Under the pieces are notes generated by a model. That model worked only from the letters and a program-made list of their open reading frames with translations, had not been told where the DNA came from and did not search any database. From Octopus bimaculoides (taxonomy: Eukaryota), in NCBI RefSeq assembly GCF_001194135.2, contig NC_068983.1, forward strand, positions 32,123,219-32,155,907: a stretch of 32,689 bases of DNA. The letters run 5' to 3'. Made by a program: the position numbers and the translations under genes. Each line of letters begins with the position of its first letter. Positions within the stretch are counted from its first letter, which is position 1. Below, one piece after another: positions 1 through 11,754 of this stretch.

Positions 1-1
1 A

Positions 2-172
2 AACAAATCTCAGGGTCAAACACTGTCTGTAGCTGGTCTTCTCTTGGAAGAGCCCTGCTTCTCACATGGACAACTGTATGTTGGCTGCTCAAGAGTGGGC
101 AGCAAAAAAAACCTATTTGTATATGCTCCACAAGGGAAAACAAGGAACATTGTTTACAACGAGGTGTTATAA
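2..172 (+). mobile_element. Helitron Rep/helicase C-terminus (PIF1-like helicase), open to the stop codon; continues beyond the left window edge
   Basis: Frame from nt 2 reads NKSQGQTLSVAGLLLEEPCFSHGQLYVGCSRVGSKKNLFVYAPQGKTRNIVYNEVL*. It contains the PIF1/Helitron motifs NKSQGQT and FSHGQLYV..SRV and the typical Helitron ending IVYxEVL*. Confidence 0.92.
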
Positions 173-291
173 TCACAACAGCAAGAAAGTATGTACATGA
201 TCACCTTCTTTTACGAAACTTCATTGACTTTCATATATTTATATTGATATACATATATATACGTGTGTTTGGGTGCGTGTGTGTATATACA

Positions 292-382
292 TCTCTATAT
301 ATAAAGATGATGCGTAGTCTAGATGGCGTTTTTAGATTTCATTATTCTCTTTAACCCGGGCAACGCCGGGTATTTCTGCTAG
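292..382 (+). mobile_element. Helitron termini: 5' a|TCTCTATATATAAA motif plus 3' hairpin and CTAG|t
   Basis: GC-rich hairpin cccgggcaacgccggg (355-370) followed by tatttctgCTAG (CTAG 379-382) then T. A Helitron-style 5' start TC follows A at 291. Confidence 0.8.
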
Positions 383-607
383 TATTAAATAAAAATAGAC
401 AGCAACAGACAATATTACTATTATGCACTTATAGTTAGTGATTTCACCAATAACTGTAATTGACTATGGTCAATAACTCTTGCTACTTATCAAAAGGTCA
501 ATAACTTTGATATGTGACTGACCAGAGCAATTAATTTCTAACTAACTTATTTCAGCTAGCTTGTTGAGCAACCATGTAAAGCAGGTGAGTGGGTGGAAGT
601 ATTTTAG

Positions 608-633
608 TATCATCATCATCATCATCATCATCA
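608..633. repeat. (ATC)n microsatellite
   Basis: Direct reading of the sequence. Confidence 0.9.
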
Positions 634-1194
634 CCATTCAGTGTCCATGGAATCCTCTCTCAGCACATATTTCTCTTGCATCATGAAAATGCAATTTTTT
701 AAGTGGGACATTAAAAGCATCACCCTCACCCTTTACAAAAAGGGTCTGCAAAGGCCATGAACACTGCCCTTGCTTCCAGATCTAATTAATAAAAAAAAAC
801 AAAAAAAAACAACTTAACTCATCACCCAGTTGAACACTGCCACCACCTAAGTCCCTAAGTGCTTGTGGTGGTGCTCAAAAGTTGCAAGTACTTGGGCTAA
901 GTCTCCAGACTGAGGACAACTTCTCTTCATCTGATCAGTCTCAGAGATTTCAAAAAGGTCGTAAGGTTCATGTCCTTCCATCCTTGATAAAGTCATTAAA
1001 ATAAAGGACAATCTTGAAAACAACAGAGCTTTCCTTGACACTTCCAGTGGCATATGACATATAAAGTATGAGAGAGAAATAGAAGTTGTAGCTCTTTTCC
1101 TCAGAGCATTAGTGCTGTAGGGACATGAGTTGATATAACTAACAACTGAAGCAAAGTCTCTCTCATCCATCTCAGACATGAAATGTTCTGTATT

Positions 1195-1195
<1 letters not shown>

Positions 1196-1237
<42 letters not shown>

Positions 1238-1352
1238 TTCCTCTTTCTTTCTCTCACTTTCTTTTTATCTTTCCTTCTCTCTTTCTCTCTACTGCTGCTG
1301 CTGCTGCTGGCGGTGGTGGCAGTGGCAGTGGCAGTGGCAGTGGCAATGGTGG
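1196..1352. repeat. Compound microsatellite (TC)n / pyrimidine tract / (CTG)n / (GGCAGT)n
   Basis: Direct reading; it explains the low-complexity ORFs 847-1422, 1178-1459 and 1183-1575. Confidence 0.9.
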
Positions 1353-1628
1353 TGGTAAAGTGGTTGACAATCAGAAGTGCAAATACAGATTTGCCCACTT
1401 CAAAAAAAACTCTGAAATACAAAACAATGAAGAGTTGTGTATATCAGATGACAAAATGACTATATCAAGTGACAAGGTTCTGTGCTGGAGCAGGCCTATT
1501 CAAGCCATGCAGGTGTGGAAAAATAGACATAAATCGGTGGTAATAGTAGTGGTGGTGGTAGGCTGGTGCTGGTGATGATTTTGGTGGTAGGGGTGATATA
1601 TTTTAATGTGGGAACATTTTTGTGTATA

Positions 1629-2800
1629 CGAGGGAGTAGCCAAAAGAAACCAGAATTTTGCAATATTATTTTATTCACTTAGTTTTTCATGTTTACACAT
1701 TTATTGCCTTCAAAGTATTCTCCATTTNNNNNNNNNNNNNNNNNNNNNNNNNNNNNNNNNNNNNNNNNNNNNNNNNNNNNNNNNNNNNNNNNNNNNNNNN
1801 NNNNNNNNNNNNNNNNNNNNNNNNNNNNNNNNNNNNNNNNNNNNNNNNNNNNNNNNNNNNNNNNNNNNNNNNNNNNNNNNNNNNNNNNNNCTGCAAAACG
1901 TTTTCGTTTAAGGATTTTTTTCATTCAGGGGGAACAAATAGGGAGGGTGGGTAAGTGGGGTTATGCCATTTTTGGTCAAAAACTGTTTCACACTCGAGGT
2001 GGTGTGCGCAGGAGCATTGTTGTGATGAAACCACCTCACTCCACTTTGCCACAGGTCAGGGTGTTTTCGTCTCACCGCATCTCGCAAATGCTTCAGAACT
2101 TCCAAGTAAAATGTCTGGTTAACAGTTTGACCAGGAGGAACAAATTCTGTGTGGACAATTCCTTTCGCATTGATGAAACAAATCAGCATCATCTTGACAT
2201 TTGACTTCACATGACTTGCTGTTTTGGGGCATGGTGACATTGAATACTTCCATTGACTTGATTGCTGCTTTGTTTCCGGGTCGTAGCCATAGCCCCAGCT
2301 TTCATCAGCAGTGATGACCTTCGAAAAAAGGTCTGGATCAGCTTCCAAATGTTCTTTCAGTTCACAACATGCATTCAATCATGACTGCCTTTCGATCTTC
2401 CATGAGCAAGTGAAGCACAAATTTTGTTGCAAACTTTTCCATTCACAATTCTTCTCTCAAAATTTGTTGGCAGGAGCTCCAGGGCACACCAGTCATATCA
2501 ACAAGTTCAACAATTGTTCAGCAATGGTCCTCCAAGAACAGTTCATGAATTTTCAAGATGTTTTCATTCATTCGAGAGGCTGACAATTGTTCTGAACAAG
2601 GTTGGTTTTCAAGCAAAAAGTGGCCATTCCTAAAGCATGAAAATCACTCGTTAATTTGTGTTTTTTCTCATGGTAGTATCCTTGTGAGCTGTTTGAAGCA
2701 TAACTGTTTCAGCTGCTATTTTCCCCAGCAGAAAACGGAATTTCTTGTTTCAGACATTTCAAAAACTGACAAATGGAGAAGAAGCACTGCAAAACAATGA
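1629..2800 (-). mobile_element. Mariner (Tc1/mariner) transposon, degraded transposase pseudogene spanning an N gap
   Basis: ORF 1908-2378(-) has VITADESWGYGYDPETKQQSSQW and FVPPGQTVNQTFYLEVL. HHNNAPAH replaces HDNAPAH, so the second catalytic D is N. The C-terminal GEYFEG motif lies near 1700-1727. A mariner-type terminus ta|cgagggagtagccaaaag is at 1627. The 5' boundary is approximate. Confidence 0.9.
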
Positions 2801-2829
2801 TACACCACATGGCAGTACAACTTCACTCT

Positions 2830-3025
2830 GCCAAATTTATTTATTCACATCGTTTTCAGTTTAATTATGCATTATCTCATAGCTTTGAGATTTTGATGAT
2901 GTAATTCTTTATTTTTAGAATGACATTGTCAGATAAGTGTAGGAGGATAGACCTGGCTGGTTTTCACATAGTAACAAATAGAATATCTGAGCTGGATATG
3001 GCTAGTTTAAACACTAAAGGGTTAA
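2830..3025. mobile_element. Partial non-autonomous DNA element ending ...aaagggTTAA (TTAA-MITE-like)
   Basis: Its right end ctaaagggttaa resembles the terminus of the TTAA element at 15802-16029. The left end was not found. Confidence 0.35.
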
Positions 3026-4745
3026 ATGAATGCCAAGTGCTTCAGTTATATGCATTCATCCAACCCATGCTAACATGGGAAAATAAACAAACAGGGGAAT
3101 ACAAATAACATAGCTAACAAGGTAGTTGTTATATAACTGACAAACATTCCATTAGCATACATTACTTTCCTCCAACTCGTTATCATTCTCATCATTATAG
3201 AAAATTAAATGAGAATCAGAAAGGTCTGGGAACTAGTAATGGGTTGCATTGACAAAATGAGTAAATAAAAACGATAAATTTTTATCAATCCTAATCTATC
3301 TTTTCGTCATTATCATTCTCCTTCTGTTCATTTTCATATATTGAAGCAGTTTGAATAAGTCTGCCATAAAACACACTGTCACTTCCTGCTCTGTAAGGAA
3401 CATTCTGATGATAAGTTCTTGAGGGACCCTCTTACATGCTCTCTCAGCCTGCTATAAATAGCAGTCAAATCAAACTCAACTAATACCTTTTTGTTTTAAA
3501 ACAAGAACAGGAGGACCTATTGGATAAGGTAAAATGAAATACACTATGTCTAGGTAAAAAACAACATATATCACAGTAGGTCTGCTTAACCATAACTGAC
3601 TTGGGCTAAACAACAACATTCCAATTCCATTTCTTCACACATATTCCTTTGTTATCTATCATATGGCATTTCTCCATGAGAAACATGGTCTATTTGCTCT
3701 TGTATTTCGATACCACAATTTTCAAATCATAGCAATGCTCACCCCTTAACATATGCAGTCTACAAACTTCTCTTGTTCTTGAAAACATTCCTTAATGAAG
3801 ACATGACTTCCTAATCTTGCTCAGCAATGCTGAAATATAGTTGTAACATTTATCAAGGAAATAAATCTTGTGAAACAACATTATTAATAAATATTACAGT
3901 TTGAACCTTCCTATTTGCTGTATATACAAGATTTCTCAAACTGACTATCTTTTTCATCAACCAAACATCCATAATATTACCGTTATTGCTTTCTGAAGGC
4001 TATACTTTCTCTTCAGCTCTGGTCAGTACCTTACAAACCACAAGAGCAATCCATATTAGAGTGCTGCTAACTGGGATTATGCTGCTTCTACATACACACA
4101 TGATTATATTAAAAAAAATAGTAGCTGATAGTAAGGATTCATTCAGCAACATGTTACACCTTTTAGCTCACTGATATGATGTCTCCTCTCTCTGTTTCTG
4201 CTACTTATACTATAATAGCTTCTTCTTCAAACTGCCAGCTGTGTACCACTACCACCTAAGCCAATCTGATGTATGTGCCTTGAATCTCTTTCACCATCCC
4301 TCTTTCTATTATCCTACCACAACCCTACACTAAATCCTTGCCTCTATCCTTGCAGTTGTTCAACCAGGTACAAATAGCCACCAAATCTTTCTCAAATGGT
4401 ATTCAACTATTTTAAAGTCACTCCAAAACATTTGTAAATTATCCAGCCGGGTGGCTGTTTTTTGTTGTTCCTTAATTCTAGGTCAATGCTGGTTGAACAG
4501 ACCTCTGATCAAATATATTCCAGCTGTGAACATCCTATAATTCTTTCAGACATAGTGTATCTAGGACTTAATCAATGATGAAAATCATTCTTAATGGCTT
4601 GTGTATGTGTGTGTTGGGGGTGGGGTTATAAGAGACATTGAACAGAAGTTAAACTTCCCATGACTTTTATTTACAGCTAGGTGAACAATGCCAGCTAAAA
4701 TTAAGCCATGGTTGGTTACACATTAGCACAGGTTATGAAATTTTA

Positions 4746-4785
<40 letters not shown>

Positions 4786-5137
4786 NNNNNNNNNNGAGAC
4801 ATTGAACAGAAGTTAAACTTCCCATGACTTTTATTTACAGCTAGGTGAACAATGCCAGCTAGAATTAAGCCATGGTTGGTTACACATTAGCACAGGTTAT
4901 GAAATTTTAATCTCTCTCACTCTACTATTTCAAATAATTCATAAGTAATGTACATGTTATCTTAACATTCACAACTTTATACTAAGTTAACTTACAAACT
5001 TAATTTAAATTTAAAATATAAGGTTCCTTCTATTATTTTATTTTCTGAAGGCAATGAAATGACCAGAACCCATAGAAGTATCATAATCTCCTTTTTAGGT
5101 AATAAAGCTAAGTTAAATCACCCTAATTGAGTTTTTC

Positions 5138-5190
5138 TGGTTGGTTGGTTGGCTGGTTGGTAGGTAGGTAGGTAGGTAGGTATGTATGTA
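5138..5190. repeat. (GGTT)n(GGTA)n microsatellite; second copy at about 10860-10942
   Basis: Direct reading. Confidence 0.9.
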
Positions 5191-5199
5191 TATTATTCT

Positions 5200-5823
5200 T
5201 AAACAAGAGTAGTTGCTAGAATAAGAAGAGACTGAGCAAAGTTCAGAGAGCATCTACCATTGTTGGTAACTAAGGGCCTCTCCCTCAGAGTGAAAGGCAG
5301 ATTGCATGATGCCTGTGTACGTACGGCTATGCTACATGGCAGTGAAATATGGGCTATGACTACAGAGGACTTGCGAAGGCTTGAAAGAAATGAAGCTAGT
5401 ATGCTCTGCTGATTAGATAATGTCAGAGTGCACATAGAGCAGAGTGTAAATGGTTTAAGAAGAGAACTGAGTATGAGAGGCATCAGATGTTGTGTGCAAG
5501 AGAGAAGACTGCACTGGTTTGGTCATGTGATGAATACGGATGAGGACAGCAGCATAAAGAAGTGCTGAGCTCTAATTATGGAGGGAACCTGTGGAAGGAG
5601 TAGACCTAGGAGGAAGGCATGGGAGGAAGTGGTGTGAAAGGATCTTTGGATGCTGGGCCACACTGAGGAAATGACAAAGGGCTGAGAGTTGTGTCAATTT
5701 GCTGTACTTGAGAAGACATGTGAAGCTAAGTAAAGGTGCAGTCATCCATATATATAAGCTTGTCCTTTTCAGATGCCAATGCAACATAAAATGCACTTGT
5801 GCTGGGGATGCATAAATGCACCC
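5200..5823 (+). mobile_element. RTE-clade LINE ORF2 C-terminus and start of the 3' UTR (copy 1)
   Basis: Translates VVARIR...LVTKGLSLRVKGRLHDACVRTAMLHGSEIWAMTTEDLRRLERNEASML...RRLHWFGHVM, the typical RTE post-RT region, with in-frame stops. Confidence 0.9.
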
Positions 5824-6629
5824 NNNNNNNNNNNNNNNNNNNNNNNNNNNNNNNNNNNNNNNNNNNNNNNNNNNNNNNNNNNNNNNNNNNNNNNNNNNNN
5901 NNNNNNNNNNNNNNNNNNNNNNNNNNNNNNNNNNNNNNNNNNNNNNNNNNNNNNNNNNNNNNNNNNNNNNNNNNNNNNNNNNNNNNNNNNNNNNNNNNNN
6001 NNNNNNNNNNNNNNNNNNNNNNNNNNNNNNNNNNNNNNNNNNNNNNNNNNNNNNNNNNNNNNNNNNNNNNNNNNNNNNNNNNNNNNNNNNNNNNNNNNNN
6101 NNNNNNNNNNNNNNNNNNNNNNNNNNNNNNNNNNNNNNNNNNNNNNNNNNNNNNNNNNNNNNNNNNNNNNNNNNNNNNNNNNNNNNNNNNNNNNNNNNNN
6201 NNNNNNNNNNNNNNNNNNNNNNNNNNNNNNNNNNNNNNNNNNNNNNNNNNNNNNNNNNNNNNNNNNNNNNNNNNNNNNNNNNNNNNNNNNNNNNNNNNNN
6301 NNNNNNNNNNNNNNNNNNNNNNNNNNNNNNNNNNNNNNNNNNNNNNNNNNNNNNNNNNNNNNNNNNNNNNNNNNNNNNNNNNNNNACTTACAAACTTAAT
6401 TTAAATTTAAAATATAAGGTTCCTTCTATTATTTTATTTTCTGAAGGCAATGAAATGACCAGAACCCATAGAAGTATCATAATCTCCTTTTTAGGTAATA
6501 AAGCTAAGTTAAATCACCCTAATTGAGTTTTTTTCCCCCTCTTAGATGTGATCAACTCAGGCTAATGTACAACTATTTTACTGTGCTGCTACTGTTTACA
6601 GCAAGCTGTGCATGCTCTGTAGTATACAT

Positions 6630-8010
6630 TTTACATCATATGGAGTTTCTACCCATGCCTTTTCTACAGATCAAGCAGGGCCATCTACCTGAAGGGGTTT
6701 GTGATTTGACAGCCTTCCTACTTACTAAGACTTGGGTTTTTGCTAGGTTAACCCTGAGGCCCTTTGATTCTAGACCTTGCTTCCACACCCTAAACTTCGT
6801 CTCCAGTTCTGGCAGTGACTTGGCTATTAGAGGAAGGTCACCAGCATAGAGGAGCTCCCAGGGGCATCCTGTCTTGAATTCTGTTATTGCCTGGAAGACT
6901 GTAATGAATAAGGAGCTGAGGACTGATCCTTGGTGAACCCCTACTTCTACTTGGACTTCTTCACTATACTTGTTGCCAACCCTCACCTTACTGACAGCAT
7001 CCCTGTACAGCTCTTACCAACCATTCATCTATCTCCAGTTTCCATATTGACCACCAGATAAGGGACCTTGTCAAAGGCTTTCTCCAAGTCAACAGAAGCC
7101 AAGTACAGAGGTTTATCTTTGGCTAGGTATTTCTCCTGCAGTTGCCTTACCAGAAATACAGTATGAGTGGTGCTTCTGCCTGGCACAAAACCAAACTGCA
7201 TTGCGTCTAAGCTAACTCTCTCCCTAATTAGTTGGGCTATGACCATCTCTGTAACTTTCATCCCCTGATCCAATAATTTGATACCCCTGTAGTTATTTCT
7301 ATCTAAAGCATCACCTTTCCCCTATGTAGCAGTTGACTATGGTGCTGCTACACCAGTCATTTGATATGACTCCTTCGTGAACTACCTGATTTACGATGTG
7401 GGTGACAAGACCATAACCCACACCGCCTGATATTTTAAGTATCTCAGCGGTGATTCCTGATGGGCCAGATGCTTTCCTTGTCTTAATTGCTTTATCTACC
7501 AGGGTACTGCCTATTCAGGTAGCAGGTCCCTCAATTGGGTCAACCTTTGGCAGACTCTCCTCTTCCCATTTATTCTCCACATTCAGCAGTCTTTCATAAT
7601 AGCTTCTCCAAGCTTCTTTCTTTGCAGAATCCTTAAACTCAAGAGCACCATCATCCATGTGGATACATTTCTCTCCTATGACATCATGGTTTTCTCTCAC
7701 ACACCGTCTTGCAATCCAAAATACTTCAGTTCTTTGGTTCTCACATCGCTGAACATTGGCAAACTTCTTCTTTTCTGCTACTCCCTTGGCTATATATACC
7801 TGTCTCCTAGCTTTCTTTTTGGCTATCTGATACCTTTTCCTGCTACTCCCACTCTTCCAGGCCTTCCAAGCCTGTTTCTTTGCTTTAATGACCCTGTCTA
7901 CAGTATTGTTCTACCACCATGTTACCTTAGGTCTGGAAGGGAGTTTGCACCAGCCATAGATTTGGTATGTGGCACTCAGCAAGCTGTCTCGCAAGAATTC
8001 CCATGAGACC
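6630..8010 (-). mobile_element. RTE-clade LINE ORF2 fragment (linker plus reverse transcriptase), frameshifted
   Basis: Minus ORFs give AKKEAWRSYYERLLNVEN, QFGFVPGRSTTHTVFLVRQLQEKYLAKDKPLYLASVDLEKAFDKVP, VGVHQGSVLS, CPWELLYAGDL (degenerate YADD) and GLRVNLAKT. Confidence 0.93.
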
Positions 8011-8019
8011 AAAATCCAA

Positions 8020-8592
8020 GGCCCCTGCCAGGGATGTAGCCAGCCCACTTACACGTAACATTCTTTCATTGGACACTAAACTCCGCTTGCAAAGACCTGT
8101 TGAGGCAAGTGAAATCGAAATCGAACTAAATTTGTAGACTGGCACCCTTGCCAACTTCTCTTTCATTGAACACTAAACTTGGCTTGTGAAGACTTGTTGG
8201 AGCAAGCGAAAGTGAAATCGTGATGGCACCTGTACTAGTGGATCACTAAGAGCACCGTCCGAGCGTGATCGTTGCCAGAGCACCAGCTGTCTAGCTTCCA
8301 TGCTGGTGGCACATAAATAGCACCATTTGAGCATGATCATTACTAACATCGCCTTCCTGGCACTTGTGCCAGTGGCAGGTGAAAAGACATTCGAGCAATA
8401 TCGTTGCCAGTACCGCTGGACTGGCTCCTGTGCAGGTGGCACGTAAAATACACCATTTCGAGCGTGGCCGTTGCCAGTACACCCTGACTGGCCTTCGTGC
8501 CGGGTGGCATGTAAATGCACCCACTACACTCTTGGAGTGGTTGGCATTAGGAAGGGCATCCAGCTGTAGAAACTCTGCCAAATCAGATTGAG
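8020..8592 (+). mobile_element. LINE 3'-end-derived repeat (3' UTR/SINE-like) with internal tandem units
   Basis: Contains ggttggcattaggaagggcatccagctgtagaaac, shared with the LINE 3' UTR at about 11615-11655. Has an internal ~96 bp duplication (8064-8124 vs 8160-8220) and ~60 bp degenerate units. Confidence 0.75.
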
Positions 8593-8779
8593 CTGATTGT
8601 AATATGTCATTTCATGAAAGGGGTACCAAGCTACAAAGAGTTGAGAACTACTGATCTGTTACAATGTAAATGCTTTCTAAACCTCAAGGGTTTTTTTTTT
8701 GTGAGTTGTTGTTTAGCTTTGATTTTATAGCATTAATCCAATAAGATAAATCTCCCTTTGGATAGGGAGTTAGCTCACT

Positions 8780-9195
8780 TTATCATCACCATTTAATGTC
8801 TGCTTTCCATGCTAGCATAGGTTGGATGGTTTGACTGAGAACTGGCAAGCCAGGAGGCCACACCAGGCTCCAATCTGATTTGGCAAGGTTTCTACAGCTG
8901 GATGCCCTTCCTAACACCAACTACTCTGAGAGTGTAGTGGGTGTTTCTATGTGCCACTGGCACTGGCTACACTCAAATGGTGCTTTTATGTGCCACTGGC
9001 ATGGGTACCAATCTGGCAGCACTGGCATCAGCCATGTTAAATGGTGCATTTTATGTGCCACGAGCATGGGTGTCAGTCAGGCGGCACTGGCATTGACTAC
9101 ACTCAAATGGTGCATTTTATGTGCCACCAGCATGGGTGCCAGTCAGGCAACACTGGCATCAGTCATTCTCAAATGATGCTTTTTACATGCCTTCC
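8780..9195 (-). mobile_element. LINE-tail repeat, reverse orientation, with 3-4 tandem ~65 bp units
   Basis: Begins with the (atc)n-tail complement and ctgctttccatgctagcat...gatgcccttcctaac. The unit atgtgccac...ctcaaatggtgcatttt repeats between 8949 and 9190. Confidence 0.8.
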
Positions 9196-10949
9196 TTAAA
9201 ATTTTTAGATGACTTGGTAGCTATTCTAATCAGAGTGCCTACAGGGGAACTGAAATCAAGATTCACAAATTAACAGTCTAAAACTATCCCTACTTAAACA
9301 TATTATCTCTACAACATGTCTTATAAATGATGAAAATTAAATTATCTCCTTATCTATAATGAGAGGCTGAGACCCTACTGATGTTTGTTTTCATGTAGTT
9401 CATCAAACAAAATTCAATCTGGTAGAGATTGATGATATCCAGAAAGCCCTGTTATGAAGAGTAAGTAACATGATTCAACAAAGAATTGAACTAGTACTGC
9501 AGGTTCAGTTTCTGTCACTCAATGAAACTCACTTACGAGACAAATACTGTCCTACTTTCTTACTTCTATGTTTAATATACAACTAAAAATATAAAAATTC
9601 TCCTGATACATCCCGTTTTTCAGCAATTTTCTATGCAACCTTCAAATCTCATCTAGTTTAGTTGTTTTTGCTTGGTAATTTTGTTTTCATGAGTTATGGA
9701 CTTGACACTATTATCATATTTATCCTACTTGGGAATTAATGCTGAAACCTGTTTTGTCAGTTGAGAAATCATTAAATATTCCACTGTCACAACCCAATAA
9801 GATGTGTTATTGAAGCAGCAAACACAAATAAAGAAAAAGGAAAATATAATAAATTATGTTCATATAAGCTGTTATTTATTCAAGCTATATTTATTGTGAT
9901 TGAATACAATACAAAGCATAAAACCTCCAATTTTTACAAAGATTCTTGTCAATGTATTTTTTGTCACACATTCTGGAGTGATTTGGTATAGGGTTATCTA
10001 GCTGAAATATATTTGTGTAAAGATAACAAAAACAGAAATGGTCCAATAATATAAATGTAAAGGGGCTAGAAACAAATAAAAGGCAACTTTTTTTTAACTA
10101 TGCTGGATACGCCTTTGTGTGTGTGTGTGTGTGTGAGGTTGAGGAATAATAACCTTCTTTGTACAGTAAATAAATAATGAGAAACAGTAAAGTAAATTAC
10201 GAGAAAGAAAGAAGACACTGAAGTTGTAGCAAGTTGGTGACCAAAGGTTTGCTTACTGATGGAATGAATTTTTCCCCAAAGTTTTTCAATGTCATCTAGA
10301 ATATTTGGAGTAATGTAATTGAATAAAGAGGTTAGTATGGGATCTATCTACAAGGACAATAGAGTATACTAGTGCATGTACAAAGGTGTAGAAAAAAGAA
10401 GGTACAAAACTAAGTCAAAGTAGTTGAACTTCAATGCTGAACTACATACAAGTGGGAAATTATAGAAAAATGGAGGTTTAGTGAAGAGGCAGAAATAAAT
10501 TCAATGTGAAATACAGATAATTAAAAGTAGACATTTCTGATAAATGCATTTATATACGAAACCATATATTTACACACACACACACACACATATATATAAC
10601 TATAGTTGTGAAACATGTAACTCATGAAAATTTGAGTTTCAGATAAATGGATAAGTTGGTGTATTTGTATGCCAAGTTTATAATTTTAGATACAAGTGTT
10701 CAATATATACCTACAGCATGTATAAATACATACAAACATACTCACATATTATTCACACACACACATACATATGTAGGCTTGCATGGGCCCAACGGAATTT
10801 ACTGAGTCAGATTTTTCTATGGTCAGACACTCTTCCAGCAGCCAACCTCAAACCTTCACCTGGTTGGTTGGTTGGTTGGTTGGTAGGTAGGTAGGTAGGT
10901 AGGTAGGTAGGTAGGTAGGTAGGTATGTAGGTATGTATGTATATTATTC

Positions 10950-11700
10950 TTAAACAAGAGTAGTTGCTAGAATAAGAAGAGACTGAGCAAAGTTCAGAGA
11001 GCGTCTACCATTGTTGGTAACTAAGGGCCTCTCCCTCAGAGTGAAAGGCAGATTGCATGATGCCTGTGTACGTACGGCTATGCTACATGGCAGTGAAATA
11101 TGGGCTATGACTACAGAGGACTTGCGAAGGCTTGAAAGAAATGAAGCTAGTATGCTCTGCTGGATAGATAATGTCAGAGTGCACATAGAGCAGAGTGTAA
11201 ATGGTTTAAGAAGAAAACTGAGTATGAGAGGCATCAGATGTTGTGTGCAAGAGAGAAGACTGTACTGGTTTGGTCATGTGATGAATACGGATGAGGACAG
11301 CAGCATAAAGAAGTGCTGAGCTCTAATTATGGAGGGAACCTGTGGAAGGAGTAGACCTAGGAGGAAGGCATGGGAGGAAGTGGTGTGAAAGGATCTTTGG
11401 ATGCTGGGCCACACTGAGGAAATGACAAAGGGCTGAGAGTTGTGTCAATTTGCTGTACTTGAGAAGACATGTGAAGCTAAGTAAAGGTGCAGTCATCCAT
11501 ATATATAAGCTTGTCCTTTTCAGATGCCAATGCAACATAAAATGCACTTGTGCTGGGGATGCATAAATGCACCCAAGCTGGTAGCACATAATAAGCACCC
11601 AGCATACTCTGTAAAGTGGTTGACATTAGGAAGGGCACCCAGCAGTAGAAACAATGTCATAACAGACAATTGGAGCCTGGACAGCTTACCGAGTAGCTAG
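10950..11700 (+). mobile_element. RTE-clade LINE ORF2 C-terminus and 3' UTR (copy 2, near-identical to 5200-5823)
   Basis: ORF 11011-11319 LVTKGLSLRVKGRL...RRLYWFGHVM; differs from copy 1 by only a few substitutions. Confidence 0.9.
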
Positions 11701-11754
11701 CTCCTATCAAACCATCCAAGAGCACTGTCCGAGCGTGATCGTTGCCAGAGCACA

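Noticed and set aside
847-1422. 191-aa minus ORF with a protein-like C-terminal 113 aa
   Set aside because: The N-terminal half is microsatellite. The only plausible acceptor (1188-1190) is preceded by a purine (GA)n tract, and I recognise no domain. The plus strand shows weak RT-like words (QRFQKGR, RAFLDTS), suggesting antisense to an old LINE. A tBLASTn search would settle it.
3740-3829. Minus-strand AG...GT bounded segment (tatttcag|...|gtgagc)
   Set aside because: Stops in all three frames and no homology recognised.
4657-4915. Direct repeat of about 95 bp either side of the 10-N gap (likewise either side of 25858-25867)
   Set aside because: Typical unmerged contig-end overlap in a scaffolded assembly.
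9399-9460. Plus-strand candidate exon (catgtag|...|gtaagt) reading HQTKFNLVEIDDIQKALL*
   Set aside because: Stops in all frames, no partner exons, and adjacent to SINE-like sequence.
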